A DNA stretch of 64,000 nucleotides from Candidatus Thorarchaeota archaeon (GTDB lineage: Archaea > Asgardarchaeota > Thorarchaeia > Thorarchaeales > Thorarchaeaceae), in assembly GCA_048882045.1 (NCBI GenBank), contig JBHLRZ010000007.1, forward strand, positions 1 through 64,000, read 5' to 3'. Below are positions 1 through 8,698 of the stretch, one piece after another. The position numbers and the translations under genes were made by a program. Every line of letters starts with the position of its first letter. Within the stretch, counting starts at the first letter, position 1. The notes below the pieces were generated by a model, which was not told the DNA's origin, did not search any database, and saw only the letters and a program-made list of their open reading frames with translations.

Positions 1-312
1 GGTGTTTCCATCCCAGCGTATCCAACCCCGTTCAGTGTTGTATGGACCCAAGCAACTTCTCTCCGATTCCATCACAAAATCAGGCTCTCTCAAAGTCTGT
101 TGCTGGGCAATCACATCGGGATCAAAACAGTCCATGACAATCTGTTGAGCATCGTCAGTTGGACTCTGGTCTTGATCCCTATAGTTATTGGCCGCCATAG
201 CAAATCCACCAACAACCAATGCGAACACCAATCCCATAGATATGATCAATATCATTTGGTCTGTCCTCTGATTTGTTAGTGGTACGGCGGTACCCCTATA
301 GGTATCGCCCAT
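1..312 (-). CDS. Hypothetical membrane-anchored protein (partial, runs off window start)
   Basis: Manual translation from ATG at 312: MGDTYRGTAVPLTNQRTDQMILIISMGLVFALVVGGFAMAANNYRDQ...WIRWDGNT. Open to position 1, with one hydrophobic N-terminal helix. Not in the ORF track because its stop lies outside the window. Confidence 0.65.
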   Translation of the reverse strand, partial: MGDTYRGTAVPLTNQRTDQMILIISMGLVFALVVGGFAMAANNYRDQDQSPTDDAQQIVMDCFDPDVIAQQQTLREPDFVMESERSCLGPYNTERGWIRWDGNT

Positions 313-760
313 CTTTTCATCCTCTCTCAGACCAGGAAGAAGTGTTTCCTCCCGATCTCACGCTGTCAAATCCACGAACGATGATCGTTCAGGTCGAGTT
401 TGACAGAAAAATTGGTGTTGAGAGCATAATATATCCTTTCTCCACTTTCGCTTTTTAACAGGCTCTCATCCAATTTTGGAGCACTTGGAGAAAAAATCGT
501 TCATTCTGGAATGAAATTTCACAAAATCGATTCCATTGAGAGGATAATTTCGTATTTGTATTTCGGATTTTCGAAAAATAATAAACTTAGGCGATAAATA
601 GTTAATGATTTCACCCCATGTTTAGAGCAAAATGTCATCTCAAAAAGAAAAAATCAACTTATTTCTCTTTTTTGGCATAAAGTTCAATTTATCGAAGGTT
701 CTGATTCTCTTTGGAAAGATTTAACTCCAGTGCATACCCTACAAAATACAGGAGAGAGGA

Positions 761-1675
761 TTGAAGAGACTGGAAGGATTAAGGGAAGATGAGTCTCTTT
801 TTCATCAAATTAGATGTTCGTATGAAGAACAAATGGGAGACTTACTTCTCACAGACAAAGGAGTAGCTTATCTTCAGATCAAGGGCATTCTTGGAGAAGG
901 TCACGAACGCCTTCATGATTTTGGTTACAATGAGATAAGTCGTATTGGAACTAAAAGGAAGATGTCAGGAATTTACAGACATGGTATAGTCATAGGTCAG
1001 CAGAGTGATTCTGAAATAAACCACTCATTCTACTATTCGTGTGAAAAACACAAAGCTGTTCTCTTCCACTCATTATTTGAAAGACAGAAGCTCCTCCTCG
1101 AATCACCTGGAGACTTGACATCCACAATTCAGAGTTTGGAGATGATCAAACGCAACGCTGATTTGTTAAAGGTAGCCAAGAATCCTAATCTTCGACCGTA
1201 CTTCTTTGCATTCACTCTAGACAAGCTAGAAGGCGAAATCTTGAGCATTCTGAAATACAGATTCGAAGTCGACCTATTCGAACTTGCAGGAAACAAGGAG
1301 ATTCATTCACTCGTTTCGCTATTACATGAAGCCGATTCGAGAAAAATGCCAAAGGATCAAGTGTACAAAACAGTCTTGGATTTAGTAGGTCATCTGATTG
1401 AACAAGGAGAATTACAAGGTCTAATCACCGATCTAGGAACGTACGTTTCCAACAAAGCGTTGGACAGAATACCAGCACAATATGATACCATAGCTGATTT
1501 CAGGACTATCTTCTCTCAGCTGAATGAGAAGGGCTTACTTGTCTGGGCACTTGAGTGTCCAGCCTGTTCGAGAAAGCTAAAGTATCCAAAGATCGGAAAA
1601 AGTACTAATTGTCAATTCTGTGGAGAAACCATCTACGCAAGAGATGTCTTGAAGAAGTTCATAGATCTTCTTTGA
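761..1675 (+). CDS. Hypothetical protein: PH/GRAM-like N-terminus, winged-helix-like middle, C-terminal CxxC-CxxC zinc ribbon
   Basis: 304 aa. GDLLLTDKG motif, LIEQGELQGLI motif, CPAC...CQFC. SD-like GGAGAG upstream of TTG. Confidence 0.7.
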   Translation: MKRLEGLREDESLFHQIRCSYEEQMGDLLLTDKGVAYLQIKGILGEGHERLHDFGYNEISRIGTKRKMSGIYRHGIVIGQQSDSEINHSFYYSCEKHKAVLFHSLFERQKLLLESPGDLTSTIQSLEMIKRNADLLKVAKNPNLRPYFFAFTLDKLEGEILSILKYRFEVDLFELAGNKEIHSLVSLLHEADSRKMPKDQVYKTVLDLVGHLIEQGELQGLITDLGTYVSNKALDRIPAQYDTIADFRTIFSQLNEKGLLVWALECPACSRKLKYPKIGKSTNCQFCGETIYARDVLKKFIDLL

Positions 1676-1693
1676 TGCAGTGACGAAACTCAA

Positions 1694-3586
1694 TTACACT
1701 TCTCTTGAGAAAATAGCTTGCTTTGAAACCAAATTCGGAAGCAGAAGACGTTGTCGAGGTGCGAAATTTATTTTCTCTGCAATTTCTTTCGATAAATCGT
1801 CAATGCTCATTTTCACTTGATCCTTCAATTCTCGCCTCCTAACAGCCAATTCGCCACTCGTCTTTTCTTTCTCGCCTACAACAACAATATAGGGAATCCA
1901 CAGTTTCTCTGCAGCACGAACTTTCTTACCTACGGTCTGAGACCTATCGTCAATCTCATAGCGAATACCATTAGCATCGAGGACTTTGCCAAGCTCCAGA
2001 CAATATTCTATATAGCTGTCATCTACAGGTGCAAATCGCACTTGTACGGGGGTCATCCAAAGTGGGAGATGAGGAACCTTACCAGCTTTCATGTTCTTGT
2101 ATGCCTGTTCAAGAACCCCATAGAGGATTCTCTCAATGGCTCCTGAGGGCGAGGTGTGAAGGATGAGTGGATATTTCTCCTTGCCATCTTCATCAACATA
2201 GGTGATGTTGAATCGTTCTCCATTCTCAACATCAATCTGAACAGTACCTAGACAACCTGCTTTCTTCTGAGCGTCAACGACGTTATACTCCAGCTTGAAG
2301 ATGAAGTAAGCATATCTCTCATCAAACACTTCTACCAAAACAGGTTTACCTATTTTGTCTACAACTTTTTGCGCGAAATCTTTGTTCCTCTCATAGAAGT
2401 CTCTAAGAATTCTGTATGACACCTCGATAGATACTTCAAGTTCGTTGTGAAGTTTCTCTTCAAACTCCATCTGTCGCAGTACAGCCTCCATGGCCATCTC
2501 TTCATCAGCAACTATCTCGTGGATGTCCGGCATCGTGAATGCTCGTAGCCGTCTCATCCCAGCGAGCTCCCCACTCTGCTCACGACGATATGATGGAGCA
2601 ATCTCGAACAGTTTCAATGGTAGCTGTTTGTGGGACACAGTCGCCTGTGAAATCGTAAGGAATTGCCCAAAGCACGCACTGAACCTAGCAAAGTAATCAT
2701 GGTCTCCAGACTTCACAACATACTGCCTTGATGGGAATCTTTGGAGGTAAGATTTCAATGATGGATGTTGATAATCATAGATGAGCGGAGTCTGAAGCAC
2801 ATGAGCACCATAGTCGACCATCTCCTGAGTGACTCGTTCTTCTATCGCCTTCTTCAGGGTGAGCCCTCTTGGAGGCCATCTGAAGTTGCCTGCATCAGAT
2901 CCAGGTTCATAGTCAACAAGCTCAAGCTGTTTCATCAGCTCGATATGTGGTGGAGGTTCCTGGGCAGTTCGATCCTTCTCGGTCTCATAGTCCACGTAGA
3001 GTTTGAGTTCCTTGTGTTTGGCATAGTTGAAGTCTTTGATATCAGTGACCTTGCCGCCAGGCTCTATGATATAGAATACCGAGGTTGCTTTCTCTTCAGC
3101 GACTAATGCTGTAAGATCTTCTCCATCCGTGACCTCGACATCAGCATCCTTTGCAATAACTTTGGAAATGTCAAGAACCTTGGAACGCTCTGCAAGTGGA
3201 TGTCCCTTACAATGAAACTCGAACGCTTTGTACCATCCGAAAGGTACTCGAAGCACGTTGAATCCTCGCTCCTTCAGGTCTTTTTCAACAGACTTCAGCA
3301 GTTTCAAAGCGACACTCGGTTTCGAAGGATTCTCTGAGAGATGCACCCAAGGATATACAATGATGTTCTGTTCCTTGACCTCCTCAGCTGCACTGGCAAT
3401 CATGTCCGCAGTCTCTTTTGCTGCGAGACCCACATCCTTTGCATCTGTTGTTTCAGCAGCGATGAAATTGATCAGGCAGGAATCTTCGGTCTTGTAGAAT
3501 TTCTCTTTAACCTCTTCTGCGTTCTTCAATGCTTTTCTCTTCGCTTCATAGGCGAATCCATCGCTGTGAATCTGTAGCATTCTCAA
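1694..3586 (-). CDS. thrS: Threonine--tRNA ligase, archaeal type with N-terminal editing domain
   Basis: MRMLQIHSD and YPWVHLS editing-domain motifs, PFGWYKAF.CKGHP, class II motif 2 (YRREQSGEL..RLRAFTMPD), C-terminal anticodon-binding domain. Confidence 0.97.
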   Translation of the reverse strand: MRMLQIHSDGFAYEAKRKALKNAEEVKEKFYKTEDSCLINFIAAETTDAKDVGLAAKETADMIASAAEEVKEQNIIVYPWVHLSENPSKPSVALKLLKSVEKDLKERGFNVLRVPFGWYKAFEFHCKGHPLAERSKVLDISKVIAKDADVEVTDGEDLTALVAEEKATSVFYIIEPGGKVTDIKDFNYAKHKELKLYVDYETEKDRTAQEPPPHIELMKQLELVDYEPGSDAGNFRWPPRGLTLKKAIEERVTQEMVDYGAHVLQTPLIYDYQHPSLKSYLQRFPSRQYVVKSGDHDYFARFSACFGQFLTISQATVSHKQLPLKLFEIAPSYRREQSGELAGMRRLRAFTMPDIHEIVADEEMAMEAVLRQMEFEEKLHNELEVSIEVSYRILRDFYERNKDFAQKVVDKIGKPVLVEVFDERYAYFIFKLEYNVVDAQKKAGCLGTVQIDVENGERFNITYVDEDGKEKYPLILHTSPSGAIERILYGVLEQAYKNMKAGKVPHLPLWMTPVQVRFAPVDDSYIEYCLELGKVLDANGIRYEIDDRSQTVGKKVRAAEKLWIPYIVVVGEKEKTSGELAVRRRELKDQVKMSIDDLSKEIAEKINFAPRQRLLLPNLVSKQAIFSREV

Positions 3587-3663
3587 GGTGAAAACCTCAA
3601 CAGTTAGGGGGTATTTGGTTTCTCACTTAAGCTTGATGCATTGAACCAGATGTTTGACAAGTT

Positions 3664-4887
3664 TTAGTGACCGGGTCTATTCTTCAAAATTAAAACAGCC
3701 ATGACTATAATGATGACACTCGAACCCATTGCGAGGATGAGAGATAGTTGTTGTAGTGGTGTTTCATTCCCAGTTCCATTAGTTGTGGTTGTTGTGGTTG
3801 TTGTGGTTGTTATATTGCCACCATCAGGAATAGTGCCATTCGGAAAGTGGTCAATGCTTCCAGCTGGTCCAGGGATGAAATAGTAGCCTATCCCGGAATA
3901 GTCACTCCAGAAGTTTCCAATCTGGGAATATGAGTCATCCCAGGAGTTCTCTGTACCGCTATCATATGCATTACTTCCTGAGGTAGGACCAATTGTGTTG
4001 TTCACCACTGTAATATTATATGTTCCCTCTCCCAGATAGACACTACACTCTGTCGAATTAGAGAAGGAATTCTCCCATATCCATGACCCGTTAGTCATTA
4101 TCATTTCTAGTCCAAACTGACATTCATCAACGAAATTGTCATTGATCGCAATATTCCAAGAATCATGAGAGAATATACAGACACCCTCGAACATCTCTTC
4201 ATCCCATAAGTTGCTCGTGATATTGTTGTCACGGATGTAGGTGGATTTGTCACGAACACACACGACTGCATAATCGGGGATGGATATGATTGAATTCTCT
4301 ACTAGCGTACATTGATCTGTCAGAGTGAAGTTGACACCGACCCAATCATTCCAACCGAAGTTGTTGTTTTCCACATAGACAAATTGACTCTCCATAACTG
4401 TGAGCCCGGTGTAACAGTCATGAGTAGTTGTGTGACTAATTCTGATATTGAAGGAATCACAAATGAAGATCCCTGTGTCTTTCATATGAGCTTGTGAACC
4501 CTCAATCAAACCGTTTGAGCAGTTGATGAGTTTAATTCCCGTTGACCCCCAGTATTCTGAGTCCGTGTCATGTATATCACAATCAGTGATTGCAAAATGC
4601 AAGTCTACATTCATTATTGTGATGCCTTCATATGAGAACGAAATCCAATAGTTAGAAATCATTATTGGATTCCCTGGTTCTCCGCTCCCTGACCACTCAT
4701 TTGCCATCTGTTGTGAAAGGAGATCAGTATTGTTCCGGACTATGATTGGTTCGTGTACCTCCAGTTGTGCGAGAAGTACGTCAGTATCAATGGGTTCAAC
4801 CAGTGATGTCAAACTCTTCATCGAGCTTCCAAGAGTCCCTAATAGCAATAACATGAGCACTACACAGAATCCTGATTTGTATCTCAA
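3664..4887 (-). CDS. Membrane-anchored right-handed beta-helix (NosD/CASH-like) surface protein
   Basis: N-terminal signal, HEPIIV..N..W.GSG..GNP motif, PbH repeats, GNFWSDY motif, poly-Thr linker, C-terminal TM helix. Confidence 0.85.
   Translation of the reverse strand: MRYKSGFCVVLMLLLLGTLGSSMKSLTSLVEPIDTDVLLAQLEVHEPIIVRNNTDLLSQQMANEWSGSGEPGNPIMISNYWISFSYEGITIMNVDLHFAITDCDIHDTDSEYWGSTGIKLINCSNGLIEGSQAHMKDTGIFICDSFNIRISHTTTHDCYTGLTVMESQFVYVENNNFGWNDWVGVNFTLTDQCTLVENSIISIPDYAVVCVRDKSTYIRDNNITSNLWDEEMFEGVCIFSHDSWNIAINDNFVDECQFGLEMIMTNGSWIWENSFSNSTECSVYLGEGTYNITVVNNTIGPTSGSNAYDSGTENSWDDSYSQIGNFWSDYSGIGYYFIPGPAGSIDHFPNGTIPDGGNITTTTTTTTTTNGTGNETPLQQLSLILAMGSSVIIIVMAVLILKNRPGH
3782..3811. repeat. 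9-bp tandem repeat (GTTGTGGTT x3) encoding poly-Thr linker
   Basis: Seen directly in sequence. Confidence 0.85.
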
Positions 4888-5086
4888 TGGAAACTCCCAC
4901 CTATGTTGTGTTGATAGTTGGAGGATTATTTACACTTAAGTCAATTTGTAGTTTCTCGAACACATTTCTAACACAAGCTTGATGGAAGCGTGAATGGTAT
5001 TGTTGTTGTATCAGCTTGCTGAATCCTATTGGCACACTCAGAGGTTCAATGAAAGATTCGCACGCTCTGTCAACGTTGAACACCAA

Positions 5087-5094
5087 CTATATTA
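5087..5094 (+). promoter_or_regulatory. Putative TATA box of the aromatic operon leader
   Basis: CTATATTA ends about 25 nt upstream of the leader-peptide ATG (5120), the spacing expected for a leaderless archaeal transcript. Confidence 0.5.
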
Positions 5095-5119
5095 GGTCAC
5101 GTACCAGAATTTTGGTTTA

Positions 5120-5212
5120 ATGAAAATCTTGACTGAAAATGCAGTAGCCACTCGAACATACTTGACGGTAGACCGTCAGTATAGTGGCGTCTATTATAGC
5201 TATTATAGCTGA
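5120..5212 (+). CDS. Putative Tyr-rich leader peptide (30 aa, MKILTENAVATRTYLTVDRQYSGVYYSYYS)
   Basis: ATG 5120 to TGA 5212, followed by TAG. 6 Tyr codons, 5 of them in the last 10 codons. Directly upstream of a tyrosine-biosynthesis operon. Confidence 0.7.
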   Translation: MKILTENAVATRTYLTVDRQYSGVYYSYYS

Positions 5213-5352
5213 TAGACTGCAAGTCGAGATATTCAGCACTCATGTGCTGATACTTGTTCTGGTGGTTCTATGACTCTAAGCTCAAATCTAGTGGATGGGA
5301 GGTCTCCCTGTATTGGTCCCATAATCAATATGCTAAAGGAGGAGATAGAAGA
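5120..5352 (+). promoter_or_regulatory. Structured attenuator-like 5' leader
   Basis: Helices 5126-5134/5222-5230, 5147-5152/5183-5188, 5163-5168/5173-5178, 5189-5194/5212-5217 and 5233-5239/5244-5250. Alternative helix 5146-5158/5255-5267. Confidence 0.6.
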
Positions 5353-5356
5353 TTGA
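5270..5356 (+). CDS. Putative second uORF (28 aa, MTLSSNLVDGRSPCIGPIINMLKEEIED) coupled to first operon gene
   Basis: GGTGG SD-like motif at 5261-5265. Stop TGA overlaps the TTG start of the next gene (TTGA at 5353-5356). Confidence 0.35.
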   Translation: MTLSSNLVDGRSPCIGPIINMLKEEIED

Positions 5357-6756
5357 CAGATACCAATAACTTGAGCACTCTAAGAAAAGAGATTGAACAG
5401 CTAACCTTAGAGATTGTCAGACTTGCTGGTAAAAGGACCAAACTGACTACTGATATTGGATTGGAGAAGCAAAGGCTTGGTTTGTCTTTGGTCAACAGAG
5501 AAGTTGAACGGAATCTCCGGCTTAAAGTTCTGAGGCAGTGTGCTGAAAATGGCCATGATCCTAACTTTGCACTTAGACTAGTCAATGAACTAATCATAGA
5601 ATCGATCAGCAAACAAGAACTTCTCGAGGAACCTGAGGAACCTGAGGAACCATTGAGTGCGTATCACATCTTTGTAAAAGTAAAACAACTTGAGAATGAG
5701 GGCAAAGAGATCATTCATCTTGAAGTCGGAGAACCCGACTTTGGCCCACCAAAACCAGTTGCTGAATCTTTAACGAAAGCAGCAGTTTCAGGACATGCAG
5801 GATATACTCAGTCATCGGGAATTCGTGAACTGCAAGAAAAAATTGCAGCTTATGTAAACCAATCGTTTAATTCGGATATTGCAACTGAACAAATCATAGT
5901 CACTGTTGGGGGACGATTCGCATTATTCTTGGGCTTAGCTACAAATCTAAATCCTGGAGATGAAGTGATTATCATCGATCCATCATATCCGGGTTATTCT
6001 GATTGTGTCAAGGAAATGGGAGCAAGACCTGTTCACATATCCGCTAAACTTGATGATGGATGGAACATTGATCCTGATTTATTGAATGAAGCAATCAATC
6101 GAACTACAAAGATGATTATAATCAATAGTCCGGGAAATCCTACAGGCAAGATTGTTGAAAAAACTGACCTAAAGATGATTGCAGACCTTTCAATCGATAA
6201 TGGCCTCTTGATAGTTAGTGACGAGGTTTACTCAGCGTTCTCGTTCAGACCATTTACAAGTGTGCTTCAATTTCCAGAATGCAACCACATCCATGTCAGC
6301 TCATTCTCAAAGACATTTGGTATGACTGGATTCAGACTGGGATATGCAATATCTTCAGCTGAAACCATTCAGAGAATGATCCAGCTTCAAAACCTCTCAC
6401 TAACATGTGTCTCCGAATTCGTTCAGCATGCAGGTCTCAAAGCATTGGATTGCCTAGAAGAATCGAGAGACTATGTTGACCTGGTTATGCGTAGACAGAC
6501 CATTATTACCAAGGAGCTGGACAAACTACCCGTAAGGTATCATCAACCTGAAGGAGGATTCTATGTTTTTCCAAAGATTAGTTATGATCTCACAGGAGTA
6601 GAATTTGCGGAAAGGCTTCTTACAGAGAAAGATGTAGCTGTTGTCCCAGGAACAGCTTACGGGAAAGACTTCACTCAGTTTTTCAGAATCTCAGTTTGTC
6701 AACCTGAAAATAATCTCATTGAATCAGTCCGGAGAATGGAGGAGATTCTATCGTGA
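5353..6756 (+). CDS. Chorismate mutase (AroQ) - class I/II PLP aminotransferase fusion
   Basis: N-terminal LSTLRKEIE..IVRL..R..IG..K..REVE AroQ pattern. Aminotransferase motifs LEVGEPDF, NSPGNPTG, SDEVY, SFSKTFGMTGFRLGY. Start placed at TTG 5353 after SD AGGAGG. Confidence 0.88.
   Translation: MTDTNNLSTLRKEIEQLTLEIVRLAGKRTKLTTDIGLEKQRLGLSLVNREVERNLRLKVLRQCAENGHDPNFALRLVNELIIESISKQELLEEPEEPEEPLSAYHIFVKVKQLENEGKEIIHLEVGEPDFGPPKPVAESLTKAAVSGHAGYTQSSGIRELQEKIAAYVNQSFNSDIATEQIIVTVGGRFALFLGLATNLNPGDEVIIIDPSYPGYSDCVKEMGARPVHISAKLDDGWNIDPDLLNEAINRTTKMIIINSPGNPTGKIVEKTDLKMIADLSIDNGLLIVSDEVYSAFSFRPFTSVLQFPECNHIHVSSFSKTFGMTGFRLGYAISSAETIQRMIQLQNLSLTCVSEFVQHAGLKALDCLEESRDYVDLVMRRQTIITKELDKLPVRYHQPEGGFYVFPKISYDLTGVEFAERLLTEKDVAVVPGTAYGKDFTQFFRISVCQPENNLIESVRRMEEILS
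5626..5652 (+). repeat. 9-bp tandem repeat encoding EEP-EEP-EEP interdomain linker
   Basis: GAGGAACCT GAGGAACCT GAGGAACCA. Confidence 0.85.
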
Positions 6757-7616
6757 GAACTGCAGTCATTGGAGGAGCAGGAGGAATGGGGAAATTGTTA
6801 GTCGAGCACTTTCTTGGACTCGGTCACTCAGTAATAGTGTCAGACCCGAAGAGTATTGACACGAAAAACAGAGTTGAATTCACATCTAACAATACTATTG
6901 CAGTCAAAGATGCTGATCTTGTTGTGATATCTGTACCTATGGACCTTACTACACAAATCGTTCAAGAAGTTACTCCATTCATGAATGAGAATTCAATACT
7001 TTGTGAAATAGCCACACTAAAGTCGAACATTGTTGAGGAACTGAAAACGCTCGGAAATCTCGGTATTCAGCCGCTTTCAATTCATCCACTCTTTGGACCC
7101 AGCTCTGAGGACCTCAGGAAAAAGTACGCCTTAATACCCGTACTGGATATGCGACGTGAAAAAGACCTTGCCAACGCATTATTCCCTGACTCGCAGATTA
7201 TAGTGATCGAGTCATCAGAGCATGACAGGTTCATGGCGTTGACTCTTTCCCTTCCTTACTTTGCAAATATAATTTTGGCTTCAGTTTTGAAGGACGAGGA
7301 TTTCACACTCATTGAACAGCTCAGTGGAACAACATTCGCAATTCAATTCATGCTGTCAATGAGTATCATGTCACACTCCTCTGAGTTTCAACTAGCTCTT
7401 CAAACTGAAAATCAAAATTCAATTGGAGTTCTGAAGGCGTTCCAAACCAGATTTGCTGAGGAACTCTCGCAACTGGAAAATGATCCAATCGCATTTCAGA
7501 AATCCTATCGCAAGACAAAATCACAATTGGAAGAAAAGCTTGTTCTTGAACAGAAGTATCAAGATATGTACAGAATTCTGAAAGTCTTAGAGGAGGAGGT
7601 GGAGGAAAGATCTTGA
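6753..7616 (+). CDS. tyrA: Prephenate/arogenate dehydrogenase
   Basis: IGGAGGMG Rossmann motif, EIATLK, SIHPLFGP, EHDRFMA. Confidence 0.92.
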   Translation: MRTAVIGGAGGMGKLLVEHFLGLGHSVIVSDPKSIDTKNRVEFTSNNTIAVKDADLVVISVPMDLTTQIVQEVTPFMNENSILCEIATLKSNIVEELKTLGNLGIQPLSIHPLFGPSSEDLRKKYALIPVLDMRREKDLANALFPDSQIIVIESSEHDRFMALTLSLPYFANIILASVLKDEDFTLIEQLSGTTFAIQFMLSMSIMSHSSEFQLALQTENQNSIGVLKAFQTRFAEELSQLENDPIAFQKSYRKTKSQLEEKLVLEQKYQDMYRILKVLEEEVEERS

Positions 7617-8698
7617 TATTCTCTAAATTCGAAGTAGTGACAGAAAGCAGAAAATATCCCGTTATAGTAGGACTGAACCTTCTAATCCGAATTGGGGAAA
7701 TGCTTGAGGAGCGATTGGAACGAGTATTCATCATATGTGATGACGAAGTTTCAAATCTCTATTTAGCCTCATTAATCGAAGGTCTTGAGCGTTCAGGGAT
7801 TGATGCTATAACGAAGATTATACCCTCAGGGGAATCATCCAAGACCCTAACTTCAGTCGAGATCCTTTATAATTTCCTCACTGATAATACTGCAACGAGA
7901 TCTGATACCATTATTGCACTAGGCGGGGGAGTTGTCGGTGATATTGCAGGATTTGTTGCTTCGACATTCAAGAGAGGAATGAGGTTGATCCAGCTTCCCA
8001 CTACTTTGCTGGCTCAAACTGATTCGGCAATCGGAGGAAAGACCGGATTAAATCTGAAGGATGGAAAGAATTTGGTGGGAACGTTCTATCAACCACATGC
8101 TGTTATTATTGACATAGAAACCCTCAGCTCATTACCGATAACTGATTTCATTGGGGGCCTTGCTGAGGTAATCAAATATGCATTTACGATGGATCCAGAA
8201 CTATTCGAAATCCTCATTGAGAAAGAGAAAGAGATCCTCCAGAGAGAGCCTGAAGTAATATCCGTGATAGTTGAAAGAGCCTTAAGAAATAAGGCAAAAG
8301 TAGTAGAGGTAGATGAGAGAGAGGAACAGGGAAGAAGAGAGATACTGAATTTTGGTCACACAGTAGGTCATGCAATCGAAGTCTGTACCAATCACAGCAT
8401 TTTGCATGGTCAGGCTGTAGCCATTGGGATGGTAGAAGAAGCAAAATTAGCTGTAGGGAGAGGATTGTTAGTTAAATCAGTCCTTGAATCACTCATTCAT
8501 ATTCTAACACTGTTTGGACTACCGACAGAATTACCAAACAATGTTGATTTCAATCAACTTCAAAGAATAATGAAGCAGGACAAGAAAGTGAGGGATGGTC
8601 AACTCACGATTCCAATGTTAGTTGGACTAGGTAAGACCAAGATGATTGTCAATACTGTTGACATTCTGAATTTTGAAGGAGATACGACCCTATGTTAG
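7613..8698 (+). CDS. aroB: 3-dehydroquinate synthase (bacterial-type)
   Basis: ALGGGVVGD, PTTLLAQTDSAIGGKTG, LNFGHTVGHA, HGQAVAIG. Confidence 0.96.
   Translation: MIFSKFEVVTESRKYPVIVGLNLLIRIGEMLEERLERVFIICDDEVSNLYLASLIEGLERSGIDAITKIIPSGESSKTLTSVEILYNFLTDNTATRSDTIIALGGGVVGDIAGFVASTFKRGMRLIQLPTTLLAQTDSAIGGKTGLNLKDGKNLVGTFYQPHAVIIDIETLSSLPITDFIGGLAEVIKYAFTMDPELFEILIEKEKEILQREPEVISVIVERALRNKAKVVEVDEREEQGRREILNFGHTVGHAIEVCTNHSILHGQAVAIGMVEEAKLAVGRGLLVKSVLESLIHILTLFGLPTELPNNVDFNQLQRIMKQDKKVRDGQLTIPMLVGLGKTKMIVNTVDILNFEGDTTLC

Noticed and set aside
460-760. AT-rich intergenic region as an origin or ncRNA
   Set aside because: No ORB-like repeats or cdc6 nearby. Consistent with divergent promoters.
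5242-5250. ATG-TGC-TGA as a selenocysteine (M-C-U) start
   Set aside because: No SECIS was recognised and there is no selenoprotein-like context. It lies within a hairpin and may be incidental.
5254-5352. ORF-track start (TTG 5254) as the normal start of the chorismate mutase fusion
   Set aside because: The AroQ domain and a strong SD point to TTG 5353. The upstream stretch is kept only as a possible regulatory reading.
5120-5352. T-box riboswitch
   Set aside because: No T-box consensus (TGGNACC) or stem I specifier architecture was seen.
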